A stretch of 64,000 nucleotides of DNA from an uncultured Rhodobacterales bacterium (GTDB lineage Bacteria > Pseudomonadota > Alphaproteobacteria > Rhodobacterales > Rhodobacteraceae), in assembly GCA_964466745.1 (NCBI GenBank), contig CAYXOX010000003.1:6193-70192 (forward strand), written 5' to 3'. The notes beneath the pieces are model-generated. The model was not told the origin of the DNA, did no database searches, and saw only the letters and a list, made by a program, of their open reading frames with translations. Positions 9,774-19,493 of the stretch are shown piece after piece (the first letter of the stretch is position 1; each line of letters begins with the position of its first letter). A program made the translations under genes and the position numbers.

Positions 9774-11018
9774 CTAGAGCCCGAAACGCGCCGGCGCAAA
9801 GGGCGCGGCCCAGCCCGGCAGGGCGGCGCCGGCGATGCCCTCGGCGATCAGCTCGCCCGTTCCGGCGGAGGTGGAAAACCCGATGTGCTGGTGGCCGGTC
9901 GCGAGCCAGACACCGGGCGCGCCGGCAAGTGGCCCGATCGCCGGCAGAGTGTCGGGCAACGTCGGGCGCTCGGCGCTTTCCAGCGGGCCGATCTGCTCGC
10001 CGAGAGGCAGCAGCAGCCGCGCGCGCTCCAGCGCCTCCCGGGCCTGCCGCGCGCGTTTCGGGGCACCCGGCAGGCACAGTTCCGTGCCGGTGGAAATCTG
10101 GATGCCGTCGGGCCGCGGCGAAAGCACGATCCCGCCGGCGGTGTCGTGGACCGGCCTTTCGAGCCCGGCGTTCCCCACCGGCGCAACGCGCCGCAGGTAC
10201 CCCCGCTCGCCCACCATGGGCAGCCGCAGACCGGCACGCGCGAGCAGCGTTCCCGTCCACGGACCGGCAGCAAGCACGACGTGGTCGGCCGCAAGCCGCT
10301 CGCCGCCGCCGAGCCGAAGCGCGGGAACGCCGAAATCCAACCCCGCCACCTCGGCACGCAGGAGCTTGCCCCCGAGGCTTCCGAAATGCGCCATGTAGGC
10401 CGCACCCAGCATTGCCGGGTCCCGCACCCATGCGCTTCCGGTCAGCCAGATGCCGTGCTCGAAACGGGGCGCGAGATGCGGCTCGAGATCCGCGAGCCCG
10501 TCTCGCCCGATCACCTCGTGGGCAACGCCATGGGCGGCGAACGTCTCCATCTGTGCCCGTGCCGCGGCCAGCGCCGCGGAGGTTTCGAACAGAAAGAGCC
10601 ATCCGTTGTCATTTACTTGCGCCGTACACTTCACCTTTTCGATCAGCGCGTCGTGGCGCGTGCGCGACAGCCCGATCAGGCGATCGAGCGCGGCGACCCG
10701 CGCCTCGAACCCGGGCGCCCGGGCCGCCCGGAGCGCGCGCAGCCCGAAGGGCAATGCCGCGCCGAGACAGGCGGGATTGATCCGGAAACCGGGCGAACGC
10801 CCCGTGGCCAGCCCAAGCGCCGCGCGCGGCAGCCCGGGGTTGACCATCGGCCAGAGCGAGGACGTGGCCAGAACCCCGGCGTTCCAGCGCGAGGCCTTCT
10901 GCAGCGGCTCGTCCCTGTCCACCAGCGTGACCGCGTAGCCCCGCTCGAGCAGCGAAAGCGCGGTGCAAAGCCCCACCATTCCCGCTCCCGCCACCGCAAC
11001 CGTCTTGCCGCTGCCCAT
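9774..11018 (-). CDS. FAD-dependent oxidoreductase, D-amino-acid dehydrogenase (DAO/DadA-like) family
   Basis: N-terminal VAVAGAGMVGLCTALSLLERGYAVTLVDR is an FAD Rossmann motif. About 415 aa. ATG 11018 is preceded by GGAGAAGG; GTG 11021 is an alternative start. Confidence 0.88.
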   Translation of the reverse strand: MGSGKTVAVAGAGMVGLCTALSLLERGYAVTLVDRDEPLQKASRWNAGVLATSSLWPMVNPGLPRAALGLATGRSPGFRINPACLGAALPFGLRALRAARAPGFEARVAALDRLIGLSRTRHDALIEKVKCTAQVNDNGWLFLFETSAALAAARAQMETFAAHGVAHEVIGRDGLADLEPHLAPRFEHGIWLTGSAWVRDPAMLGAAYMAHFGSLGGKLLRAEVAGLDFGVPALRLGGGERLAADHVVLAAGPWTGTLLARAGLRLPMVGERGYLRRVAPVGNAGLERPVHDTAGGIVLSPRPDGIQISTGTELCLPGAPKRARQAREALERARLLLPLGEQIGPLESAERPTLPDTLPAIGPLAGAPGVWLATGHQHIGFSTSAGTGELIAEGIAGAALPGWAAPFAPARFGL

Positions 11019-11157
11019 CACCTTCTCCGCGCTGTCTGCGCGCCTGCGCGCGCGCGCAGCTTGCTCTCGCCGCGCCGGGAAGGCCAGCCGCTCCGGGCTT
11101 GACCGGGCGCCCCGGCACGGAGAGACTCCGGCATTTCACCGGAGCGGCGGCAAAACG

Positions 11158-11616
11158 ATGAAAGACGCACTCGACCGGCGCATCCTGCGCGCCCTGCAGC
11201 AGAACGCGCGCGCCTCCACCACGGCCATCGCCAAGGGTCTCGGCGTGGCACGCACCACCGTTCAGGAACGCATCGCGCGGATGGAGCGCACTGGCACCAT
11301 CGCGGGCTACTCGGTAGTGCTCGGGCGCGATCCCGGCGAGGAATCGGTGCAGATCCTGATGCTTCTCGAGATTCGCCAGCAGGAGACGCGCCGCATCCTC
11401 GAGCGCCTCGAAACCTTCCCCGAGATCACGCTCTGCCTGTCGATCAACGGCGATTACGATCTCTTCCTCGCCGCCGAGGCGCCCCGGATCGAGGATCTCG
11501 ACGTGCTCATCGACGAGGTCGGCGCCCTGCCTGGCGTCGTGCGGACCAACACATCGGTGGTCTTCGGCCGCCGGTTCGACCGCCGCCACCCGACGGCAAC
11601 CTCCCCGGGGGGCTGA
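11158..11616 (+). CDS. Lrp/AsnC family transcriptional regulator
   Basis: [43 protein letters not shown] is a canonical AsnC HTH, followed by a RAM-type ligand domain. It is divergent from the DAO-like gene and upstream of the lysine-catabolic pair. Confidence 0.9.
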   Translation: MKDALDRRILRALQQNARASTTAIAKGLGVARTTVQERIARMERTGTIAGYSVVLGRDPGEESVQILMLLEIRQQETRRILERLETFPEITLCLSINGDYDLFLAAEAPRIEDLDVLIDEVGALPGVVRTNTSVVFGRRFDRRHPTATSPGG

Positions 11617-11621
11617 CAGGC

Positions 11622-11641
11622 CGCCGGATCATCCGGCGTTT
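11622..11641 (+). terminator. Rho-independent-like terminator after the Lrp gene
   Basis: CGCCGGA-tca-TCCGGCG (7-bp perfect stem) followed by TTT, 6 nt after the stop at 11616. Confidence 0.5.
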
Positions 11642-11758
11642 CGCCGGGATCGACCCCTCGATCCGGCAGCGCGCCCGTTCTGCCCGGCGCCGGCCGGTGC
11701 CATTCTGCACGCCAGGGCGGGCGGATCGGACCGCGAACGCCGCGAGCAGGAGGCACAC

Positions 11759-12874
11759 ATGGCGCAGGTCTGGAACGTCTGCATCTTCGGGGCCGGCAAG
11801 ATCGGGCAGATGATCGCCACGCTGCTTGCCGCATCCCCCAACTACAGGGTGACGGTTGCCGATCGGGATTTCGCGGCGCTCGACGCGCTCAAGCGCGAGG
11901 GCCACGCCGTGCGCCAGCTCGACGCGGCCGAGCCTTCGGCGCTCACCGCCGGCTTCGAGGGGTTCGACGCGGTGATCTCGGCAGCGCCCTTCTATCTCAC
12001 CCCGACGCTGGCCGCCGCCGCCAAGCAGGCGGGGGCCCACTACTTCGACCTGACCGAGGATGTCGCGGCCACGCAGGCGGTGCGCGAGCTGGCGCAGGGC
12101 GCCGCCACCGCCTTCATGCCGCAGTGCGGCCTCGCGCCCGGCTTCGTCGGCATCGCGGGGGCCGATCTCGCCCGCCGGTTCGACCGGCTCGAAACGCTCT
12201 CGCTCCGCGTCGGAGCGCTGCCGCTCTTTCCGACCAACGCCCTGAAATACAACCTCACCTGGTCCACCGAGGGGCTCATCAACGAGTACTGCAACCCCTG
12301 CGAGGCGATCGTGGAGGGCAAGACCGTGCGCGTCGCCCCGCTCGAGGACCTCGAGACGATCAGCCACGACGGCGTGGACTACGAGTGTTTCAACACATCG
12401 GGCGGGCTCGGAACGCTGGCCGAAAGCCTCGCCGGGGCCGCGCGCCGGGTGTCCTACCGGACGATCCGCTACCCCGGCCACCGCGACATCATCAAGCTGC
12501 TGCTGCACGATCTCGGGCTCGAGCGGCGCCGCGACCTGCTGCGGGAGGTGTTCGAAACCGCCCTGCCCCGCACCGACCAGGACGTGGTGCTGGTGTTCTG
12601 TACCGCCACCGGCGAGATCGGCGGCGAGTTCCGCGAGACCAGCTTCATCAACAAGTCGCTGGGCCGGCGTATCGGCGGGCGGCGCTGGAGCGCGATCCAG
12701 GTGACGACGGCTGCCGGGGTGACGGCGGTGGTGGATCTCATGCGCCAGGGCCGCCTGCCGGCGCGCGGTTTCGTCTCCCAGGAGCAGGTCGGCCTGGCCG
12801 AGTTCATGGACACCGAGTTCGGGGCGCTCTATTCCGCGGGCGGCGTGGTGGACGGGCTCGACAGCGCCGCCTGA
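11759..12874 (+). CDS. Saccharopine dehydrogenase family NAD(P)-binding enzyme (candidate L-lysine 6-dehydrogenase)
   Basis: N-terminal [17 protein letters not shown] Rossmann motif, about 371 aa, AGGAGG RBS. It lies immediately upstream of an ALDH7-type aminoadipate-semialdehyde dehydrogenase. Confidence 0.82.
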   Translation: MAQVWNVCIFGAGKIGQMIATLLAASPNYRVTVADRDFAALDALKREGHAVRQLDAAEPSALTAGFEGFDAVISAAPFYLTPTLAAAAKQAGAHYFDLTEDVAATQAVRELAQGAATAFMPQCGLAPGFVGIAGADLARRFDRLETLSLRVGALPLFPTNALKYNLTWSTEGLINEYCNPCEAIVEGKTVRVAPLEDLETISHDGVDYECFNTSGGLGTLAESLAGAARRVSYRTIRYPGHRDIIKLLLHDLGLERRRDLLREVFETALPRTDQDVVLVFCTATGEIGGEFRETSFINKSLGRRIGGRRWSAIQVTTAAGVTAVVDLMRQGRLPARGFVSQEQVGLAEFMDTEFGALYSAGGVVDGLDSAA

Positions 12875-12949
12875 CGCCCCGCCCCTTCGCCGCCCAGAGA
12901 ATGCCGCCGCCCGCGCCGCGGCCCGCGCAACACACGACCGGAGACACCC

Positions 12950-14452
12950 ATGACCGCACGCGACATCCTCACCCGCCTCGGGCTCGACGCCGCCGCGCTG
13001 GAGGGCGGCTCGCTCGCCGTCCGCTCACCCATCGACGGCAGCGTGCTGGCCGAGGTGGCCGAGACGGCGCCTGGCGAGATGAACGCCGTCATCGGCCGCG
13101 CCGCGCGGGCCTTTGCCGCCTGGCGCGAGGTGCCGGCCCCGCGGCGCGGCGAGCTCGTGCGCCTGCTCGGCGAGGAGCTGCGCGCGGCGAAGGAGGATCT
13201 CGGCGCGCTCGTCAGCTGGGAAGCCGGGAAGATCACCTCCGAGGGCCTCGGCGAAGTTCAGGAGATGATCGACATCTGCGATTTCGCAGTGGGCCTGTCC
13301 CGCCAGCTCTACGGGCTCACCATCGCGTCCGAGCGGCCCGGGCACCGGATGATGGAAACCTGGCACCCCATCGGCCCGGTGGGCGTGATCAGCGCGTTCA
13401 ACTTCCCGGTCGCCGTCTGGTCGTGGAACGCCGCGCTGGCGCTGGTGTGCGGCGATCCGGTGATCTGGAAACCCTCCGAGAAAACGCCGCTTACCGCGCT
13501 GGCCTGCCGGGCGATCTTCGGGCGCGCGCTGGCGCGCTTCGGCCCGGACGCGCCCGGGGATCTGCTGCAGGTGGTGGTGGGCGGCGCCGCGCTCGGCGAG
13601 GCGCTCGCGCGCTCCGAGGCGGTCCCGGTGGTTTCGGCCACCGGCTCCACCCGCATGGGCAAGGCCGTGGCCCCGGTGGTGGCCGCCCGGCTCGGGCGCG
13701 CGATCCTCGAGCTTGGCGGCAACAACGCCATGATCGTGACGCCCTCGGCCGACCTGGAGATGGCGGTACGGGCCATCACCTTCTCTGCGGTCGGCACCGC
13801 CGGGCAGCGCTGCACCTCCCTGCGGCGGCTGATCGTGCACGAGAGCCTGAAGGAGACGCTGGTCGAACGCCTCGCCGAGGTCTACGCGGGGCTGCCCGTG
13901 GGCGATCCGCTGGCCGACGGCACGCTGGTCGGCCCGCTCATCGATGCCGCCGCCGGCGCGGCGATGGACGGCGCGCTCGAGGCCGCGCGTGCCGAGGGGG
14001 GCACGGTGCACGGCGGCGGCGCCGTCACCGCCGGAGTACCGGCGGGCGGCACCTACCGGGCGCCGGCCGTGGTCGCGATGCCCGGGCAGACAGACATCGT
14101 CCGCACCGAGACCTTCGCGCCCATCCTCTATGTCATGGGCTACGAGGCCTTCGACGACGCGCTCGCGATGCAGAACGACGTTCCCCAGGGGCTGTCATCG
14201 TGCATCTTCACCCGGGATATCCGCGAGGCGGAGCGGTTCGTCTCCGCCGCCGGCTCCGACTGCGGCATCGCCAACGTGAACATCGGCACCTCCGGCGCCG
14301 AGATCGGCGGCGCCTTCGGCGGCGAGAAGGAAACCGGCGGCGGACGCGAGAGCGGCTCGGATGCCTGGAAGGGGTACATGCGGCGGCAGACCAACACGGT
14401 GAACTACTCCGACGCGCTGCCCCTGGCACAGGGCGTGCGCTTCGACATCTGA
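12950..14452 (+). CDS. Alpha-aminoadipic semialdehyde / piperideine-6-carboxylate dehydrogenase (ALDH7 family)
   Basis: Long stretches match the ALDH7A1/antiquitin sequence as I recall it: GLGEVQEMIDICDFAVGLSRQLYG, ELGGNNAMIV, AVGTAGQRCTSLRRL, GSDCGIANVNIGTSGAEIGGAFGGEKETGGGRESGSDAWKGYMRRQTNTVNYSDALPLAQGVRF. Confidence 0.95.
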   Translation: MTARDILTRLGLDAAALEGGSLAVRSPIDGSVLAEVAETAPGEMNAVIGRAARAFAAWREVPAPRRGELVRLLGEELRAAKEDLGALVSWEAGKITSEGLGEVQEMIDICDFAVGLSRQLYGLTIASERPGHRMMETWHPIGPVGVISAFNFPVAVWSWNAALALVCGDPVIWKPSEKTPLTALACRAIFGRALARFGPDAPGDLLQVVVGGAALGEALARSEAVPVVSATGSTRMGKAVAPVVAARLGRAILELGGNNAMIVTPSADLEMAVRAITFSAVGTAGQRCTSLRRLIVHESLKETLVERLAEVYAGLPVGDPLADGTLVGPLIDAAAGAAMDGALEAARAEGGTVHGGGAVTAGVPAGGTYRAPAVVAMPGQTDIVRTETFAPILYVMGYEAFDDALAMQNDVPQGLSSCIFTRDIREAERFVSAAGSDCGIANVNIGTSGAEIGGAFGGEKETGGGRESGSDAWKGYMRRQTNTVNYSDALPLAQGVRFDI

Positions 14453-14453
14453 G

Positions 14454-14475
14454 GCGGCAGGGCGGCGGCTGCCGC
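14454..14475. terminator. Hairpin between convergent genes (ALDH7 and LysR)
   Basis: GCGGCAG-ggcggcgg-CTGCCGC, a 7-bp perfect stem starting 2 nt after the stop at 14452. No U-tract. Confidence 0.35.
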
Positions 14476-14515
14476 GGCCCGGGAAGTGGGCGGTGGCGGC
14501 TGAGCCGCGCGCGTC

Positions 14516-15397
14516 TCACGCGGTGCCCAGCACCTCGGCAAGGAGCGGGTTGGGAAACCGGCGCTGCCGGGTGACCGCGAGGAACGTCTCGGTGATCCCG
14601 TCGAGCCGGGCGGCCTCGGTGAGCGTGCCCGCGGCGAGCTCGTCCTGCACCACGATGGGCGGCAGCACCGCGAGCCCGGCGTCCTCCCGCACGAGAAGGC
14701 GCAGCATCGCCATGTCGTCGGCCTCGGCGGCGATGGCGGGCGAGATGCCGAGGCGGGCGGTCAGCGCGTCGAACCCCGCCCGGAGGGCCGTCTCCGAAAC
14801 CGGCAGCACCAGCGGCTCGGTGGCCAGAAGATCGGCCAGCGCCCGTGTGCCGGCACGTTCCAGCCGCGCGGGCGTGCCGACGAGGCTCACCGGCTGCTCG
14901 GCGAGCTTGTGCACCAGCCACGGGCTCGCGGCATCGCGCGCGGGCGCGAGGTTCGTGAGCACGACGTCGAGCGCCAGCGCGTCGAGCCCCCGAAGGAGCG
15001 CCTCCTGGCTGCCCGAGCGCACGATCACCTCGACATCGGCGCGCCCCACCAGCGGGCGCAGGAACTGCATCTGGAAGTTGCGCGAGAGCGTGGCGAGCGC
15101 CCCGATGCGCAGGCCGCGCCTCGCGCGGCCGGTTTCCTTCAGCGTGGCCGCAAGATCCTCTGCGGTCGAGAAGATCGCCTCGGCGTGATCGAGCGCGATC
15201 CGCCCGGCCTCGGTCAGCACCAGCCCGCGGCCCCGCCGCTCGAAGAGATCGTGGCCGAGGGCGGCTTCGAGCGTGCGGATCTGCGTCGAGAGCGCGGATT
15301 GCGAGATGTTCAGCCGCCGCGCCGCGCCCGTGAGCGTGCCATCGTTGGCGACCGCGCGGAACAGGCGGAGATGGTGCAGATTGAGTTGCATGACCAT
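14516..15397 (-). CDS. LysR family transcriptional regulator (divergent from dabBA)
   Basis: MQLNLHHLRLFRAVANDGTLTGAARRLNISQSALSTQIRTLE is a canonical LysR HTH, followed by a C-terminal substrate-binding domain. The start is ATG 15397 or 15391. Confidence 0.9.
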   Translation of the reverse strand: MVMQLNLHHLRLFRAVANDGTLTGAARRLNISQSALSTQIRTLEAALGHDLFERRGRGLVLTEAGRIALDHAEAIFSTAEDLAATLKETGRARRGLRIGALATLSRNFQMQFLRPLVGRADVEVIVRSGSQEALLRGLDALALDVVLTNLAPARDAASPWLVHKLAEQPVSLVGTPARLERAGTRALADLLATEPLVLPVSETALRAGFDALTARLGISPAIAAEADDMAMLRLLVREDAGLAVLPPIVVQDELAAGTLTEAARLDGITETFLAVTRQRRFPNPLLAEVLGTA

Positions 15398-15450
15398 TCT
15401 GTTAAGTAGAACATTTTATCTCATAATATGTAATTTTATCGAACTCAGGC
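15398..15450. promoter_or_regulatory. AT-rich divergent promoter/operator region between the LysR gene and dabB
   Basis: About 50 bp of conspicuously AT-rich DNA in a GC-rich genome. The octamer ATTTTATC occurs twice (15413-15420 and 15433-15440, 20 bp apart), and there is an inverted repeat ATAA-N9-TTAT at about 15423-15439. Confidence 0.45.
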
Positions 15451-15517
15451 AACGGCTATCACCTCCCGACACGCGCCGCGGCTCCAGCCGGCCCGGCGCA
15501 GCCCGAAGGAGATTGCC

Positions 15518-17065
15518 ATGACCTCGCTTCCTGCCCTGATCCTTTTCGCGCCCCTTGCGGTCCTGGCGGTGGCACTCGCTTCGGTCGTCACCCCCGGGCG
15601 CCGACCCGGGCGCCTTCCGCTTCTGGCCGAGGGCGCCGCGGCAGCGGCGCTCGGTTTCGGCGTGCTCGGTGCGCTGCAACTCGCCCTCTCGGGCCCCGCC
15701 CCTTCGGTGGCCGGCGGGCTCCTGCGCCTCGACGCGGTGAGCGCGACGATGACCCTGCTGGTGGCCTTCGTGGGCTGGGTGGTGGTGCGCTACAGCCGCA
15801 CCTACCTCGACGGCGAGGCCCGCGAGGGCACCTTCCACGGGCTGATGCTGGCGGCGCTCGCCGCGGTGCTGGTGGTGGTGCAGGCCGCAACGCTGCCGGT
15901 GCTCGTGGCCGCCTTCGTCGCCGTGGGCATCGCGTTGCGGCAACTGCTGCTCTTCTATCCCGACCGGCCCGCCGCCCGGCGCGCGGCGGCGAAGTTCACC
16001 CTTGTGTGGGGTGCGGGGGATGTCGCGCTCTTTGCCGCGGCGCTGCTTTTCTGGAGCGCCTTCGGCACCGCGGAGATCGCCGTGCTGACCGCAACCGACG
16101 GCTCGAATTTCGGCCTCACCGCCCATGTTGGGGTCGCGCTGGTGGTGCTGGCCGCCGCTCTGAAGACGGCGGCCTTCCCGCTCCATGGCTGGCTGACCGA
16201 GGTGATGGAGGCCCCCACCCCGGTTTCGGCGCTGCTCCACGCGGGCATCGTGAACTCCGGAGGAGTCCTGCTGATTACCCTCGCGGGCCTCGTCCAGCAC
16301 AGCCCGGCGGCGATGGCGGCGCTGGTGATGCTCGGCGGGCTGACGGCGCTTTTCGGCGCGGTGGTGATGCTGACCCAGAGCGCCGTCAAGACGTCGCTGG
16401 CCTGGTCCACCGTCAGCCAGATGGGGTTCATGCTGCTGCAGTGCGGCCTCGGGCTCTGGGCACTGGCGCTGCTGCACATCGTGGCGCACTCGCTCTACAA
16501 GGCGCACGCCTTCCTCGCCTCGGGCGGCGCCGTCCGCGCCGTGGTCAAGGTGCGCCGGCCCGGGCCGGTGGCGGTGCCCGGGCTCGGGGCGGTGGCGCGC
16601 TCCTTCGCGCTGGCCCTCGTGCTCTACGGGGCGGTCGCGGCGGGCTTCGGCCTCATCGCCGGGCCCAAGTCGGCGCAGGCGCTGGCACTGGGCGCCATCC
16701 TGATCTTCGGGGTGGCCTATCTCGTGGCACAGGGCCTTGCCGACACGGCGCCGGGCGCCCTCACCCGGCGCACGCTGCTGGCCTCCTTCGGCGCCGCCGT
16801 GGCCTACTTCGGCTTCCAGGTGCTGGCCGGCGCGCTCTGGGGCGGGCATCTGCCCGCGGCCCCGGTGCCCGGGCCGCTGGAATGGGCACTGATCCTGCTG
16901 GCGCTGGCCTCCTTCGGGCTCGTCGCCGTCGCGCAGGCACTGTTCCCCCTCTGGGCGCACCATCCGGCGACGGCGGGCCTGCGCGTTCACCTCGCCAACG
17001 GCCTTTACCTCAACGCCCTGCTCGACCGCCTGATCGGCGGCCTGCGCACCACCCGGCCCAACTGA
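15518..17065 (+). CDS. dabB: DabB: NuoL/MrpD-like proton-conducting membrane subunit of a DAB inorganic-carbon pump
   Basis: 515-aa polytopic protein with a Proton_antipo_M-type core (GWLTEVMEAPTPVSALLHAGIVNSGGVLL, HSLYKAHAFLASGG). AAGGAG RBS is present. A DUF2309 gene follows 21 nt downstream. Confidence 0.85.
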   Translation: MTSLPALILFAPLAVLAVALASVVTPGRRPGRLPLLAEGAAAAALGFGVLGALQLALSGPAPSVAGGLLRLDAVSATMTLLVAFVGWVVVRYSRTYLDGEAREGTFHGLMLAALAAVLVVVQAATLPVLVAAFVAVGIALRQLLLFYPDRPAARRAAAKFTLVWGAGDVALFAAALLFWSAFGTAEIAVLTATDGSNFGLTAHVGVALVVLAAALKTAAFPLHGWLTEVMEAPTPVSALLHAGIVNSGGVLLITLAGLVQHSPAAMAALVMLGGLTALFGAVVMLTQSAVKTSLAWSTVSQMGFMLLQCGLGLWALALLHIVAHSLYKAHAFLASGGAVRAVVKVRRPGPVAVPGLGAVARSFALALVLYGAVAAGFGLIAGPKSAQALALGAILIFGVAYLVAQGLADTAPGALTRRTLLASFGAAVAYFGFQVLAGALWGGHLPAAPVPGPLEWALILLALASFGLVAVAQALFPLWAHHPATAGLRVHLANGLYLNALLDRLIGGLRTTRPN

Positions 17066-17086
17066 TCGCTCGAGGAGAGTCGTCTC

Positions 17087-19465
17087 ATGTTTCTCAAGAA
17101 AGCACAGATCGCACCGGCCCGGGTCTCGGGCCTGCTCACGGCGGCGGAAGCCGCAGCGCGGGCGATCCCGCCGGCGTTTCCGCTCGACGCGACGATCGCC
17201 GTGAACCCCTTCCTCGGGCAGACGGGGGAGGATCTCGCCACGGCCGCGGCGCGGCTCGCGCGCACCTCGGGGGCGCCGGTCACCCGCGCGCGGTCGGACT
17301 ACGCGGCCCGGGTGTCGGCCGGAGAAATCGCCGAGACCGATCTCGAGGCCGCCCTCGCCGCCGCCCCGTGGGCAGGCAAGCCGGCCGATCTCGCCACGCT
17401 CAAGGCCGCGCTGGCCACCGAAAGCCCGGCTCCCCGGGCGCTGCCGACGGTGGCCGATCTCGCCTCCGAGGCGAGCGGCACCGACTGGCCCGGCGTGATC
17501 GCGCGCTGTTTCGGGCTCTGGGCGGGCGGTCATTTCGACCGCGGCCAGGCGCTCTGGACCCCGGCGCCCGGCAAGCCGGCCTATGCCGCCTGGCGCGACT
17601 GGGCCACCAACGACCTCACGCCCGAAATCGCCGGCCTCGGCGGGTTCTGCGCCCATGTGGCCGCCGCGCCCGACGTTGCGGAACGGGCGATCCTGCGGGC
17701 CTCCGAGCGGCTTTCGCTCACCGAGGCCGCCGCCGAGACCGCCTACCACCGGCTGCTCATGGATATCGGCGGCTGGGCGCAGCACGCGCGCTGGATGCTC
17801 TGGCAGGCCGAGCTCGACGGTGCATCCGATACCACCCTGGGCGAGCTCCTTGCCGTGCGGCTGATCTGGGAGGAGGCGCTGCTCGCGCGCTACCCCGAGG
17901 TGGCCGACCGCTGGCAGACGACCGTTGCCGCCCACGCGGCGCCGCTCGCGCCCAGCAGCGACCAGGTGATCGACGCGATCCTCCAGGATGCCGCCGAGCG
18001 CGCCCACCAGCGGCGGCTCGCGGAAACGCTGGCCGGCCCGGCCACCCGCTCGGAGCGGCCGGCTCTGCAGGCGGCCTTCTGCATCGACGTGCGCTCCGAG
18101 GTGTTCCGGCGCGCGCTCGAGGCGCAGGATCCCGGCATCGAGACGATCGGCTTTGCGGGCTTCTTCGGCCTTCCGCTCGCCCATCGGCCCAGCGGAAGCG
18201 ACGAGGCGCTGGCCCACCTGCCGGCCCTGCTCAGGCCCGCGCTGGTTTCCAACAGCCACGCCGCTCCCGAGGTGGAAGAAGCGATGCGGATCTCGGCCCG
18301 CGCCACGCGCGCCTGGGGCCGGTTCCGGCAGGCTGCCGTTTCGTCCTTCGCCTTCGTGGAAGCGGCTGGCCCGGCATACGGGGTGAAGCTCGTCGGCGAT
18401 GCGCTGGGGCTCGGGGCGAAGCCGGCCGCTCCACAGCCGATGCCGAAGATCGAAGGCGGGCTCGACGCCGCCCAGAAGGCGGCGACGGCGGCGGCCGTGC
18501 TCCGGGCGATGAGCATGACAACCGGCCATGCCCGGGTGATCCTGCTGCTCGGCCATGGCGCGCAGGTGGCGAACAACCCCCACGAGAGCGCCTATCACTG
18601 CGGCGCCTGCTGCGGGCAGACGGGGGAGATCCCGGCACGTCTTCTCGCCGCCCTGCTGAACGATCCGGAGACCCGCGCAGGCCTGCCCGGGGAGGGAATC
18701 GCGCTGCCCGAGGACACCGTCTTCGTCGCCGGGCAGCACGAGACGACCACCGACACGGTCACGCTCTACGAGGATGCGCCCGCGCCGGCCCATGGCGATG
18801 ATCTTGCCCGGGCGAAGCGGTGGCTGGCGGCTGCCGGCAAGATCACCCGCACGGAGCGGGCCGCACGCCTGCCCGGCGCCACCGGCGATACCGTCGCCCG
18901 GCGGGCGGTGAACTGGGCCGAAGTACGGCCTGAGTGGGGGCTTGCAGGCTGCGCGGCCTTCGTCGCCGCGCCGCGGGCGGCCACGGTCGGGCGCAGCCTC
19001 GAGGGGCGCGCCTTCCTGCACAGCTACGATTGGCAGGCCGACGAGGGCTTCGGCACGCTCGAGTTGATCCTGACCGCGCCGGTCGTGGTCGCGAGCTGGA
19101 TCAGCCTGCAGTACTACGGCTCGGCGGTTGCGCCGCGCGCCTTCGGGGGCGGCAACAAGCTGATCCACAACGTGGTGGGCGGCATCGGCGTGGTGCAGGG
19201 CAACGGCGGGATTCTCCGGCCCGGCCTGCCGTGGCAGACGGTGCACGACGGTGAGACCCTCGCCCACGAGCCGCTGCGGCTCTCGGTGCTGGTGGAGGCC
19301 CCGACGGCGGCCATCGCGGATGTGCTGCGCAAGCACGACGGCGTGCGGGATCTCTTCGACAACGGCTGGCTCCATCTCTTCGCGCTGGAGAACGGCAGGA
19401 TTTCCGCCCGGTACCGGCCCGGCCTCGAGTGGGATCCGGTGGAGACGCAGACGAAGGCCGCCTGA
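17087..19465 (+). CDS. dabA: DabA: DUF2309 family, putative beta-carbonic-anhydrase-like subunit of the DAB inorganic-carbon pump
   Basis: 792 aa with GAGGAG RBS. Contains IAVNPFLGQ near the N-terminus, a Cys/Asp pair in AFCIDVRSE (about 18079) and a His/Cys cluster [13 protein letters not shown] (about 18596). Size and pairing with the PF00361-type gene fit DabA. Confidence 0.87.
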   Translation: MFLKKAQIAPARVSGLLTAAEAAARAIPPAFPLDATIAVNPFLGQTGEDLATAAARLARTSGAPVTRARSDYAARVSAGEIAETDLEAALAAAPWAGKPADLATLKAALATESPAPRALPTVADLASEASGTDWPGVIARCFGLWAGGHFDRGQALWTPAPGKPAYAAWRDWATNDLTPEIAGLGGFCAHVAAAPDVAERAILRASERLSLTEAAAETAYHRLLMDIGGWAQHARWMLWQAELDGASDTTLGELLAVRLIWEEALLARYPEVADRWQTTVAAHAAPLAPSSDQVIDAILQDAAERAHQRRLAETLAGPATRSERPALQAAFCIDVRSEVFRRALEAQDPGIETIGFAGFFGLPLAHRPSGSDEALAHLPALLRPALVSNSHAAPEVEEAMRISARATRAWGRFRQAAVSSFAFVEAAGPAYGVKLVGDALGLGAKPAAPQPMPKIEGGLDAAQKAATAAAVLRAMSMTTGHARVILLLGHGAQVANNPHESAYHCGACCGQTGEIPARLLAALLNDPETRAGLPGEGIALPEDTVFVAGQHETTTDTVTLYEDAPAPAHGDDLARAKRWLAAAGKITRTERAARLPGATGDTVARRAVNWAEVRPEWGLAGCAAFVAAPRAATVGRSLEGRAFLHSYDWQADEGFGTLELILTAPVVVASWISLQYYGSAVAPRAFGGGNKLIHNVVGGIGVVQGNGGILRPGLPWQTVHDGETLAHEPLRLSVLVEAPTAAIADVLRKHDGVRDLFDNGWLHLFALENGRISARYRPGLEWDPVETQTKAA

Positions 19466-19493
19466 CGCGCCGCAACGCCCGCGAACGAGCGAA

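Noticed and set aside
12124-14574. 816-aa plus-strand ORF overlapping the saccharopine-dehydrogenase-family and ALDH7 genes
   Set aside because: It is out of frame with two genes whose translations match known enzyme families almost residue by residue. Its own translation is Arg/Gly/Pro-rich nonsense.
15416-19375. 1319-aa ORF on the minus strand spanning the whole dabB-dabA region (and the 931-aa plus-strand ORF 16006..18801)
   Set aside because: It is antisense or out of frame to two genes with clear family signatures. The translation is Arg/Gly/Pro/His-rich low complexity with no recognisable motifs. Long stop-free alternative frames are expected in such GC-rich DNA.
14516-19465. Treating the LysR-DUF2309-NuoL-like cluster as a previously undescribed system
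   Set aside because: The gene pair corresponds to the published DabBA/MpsAB inorganic-carbon pump. It is reported as a finding only for its genomic context, not as novel.
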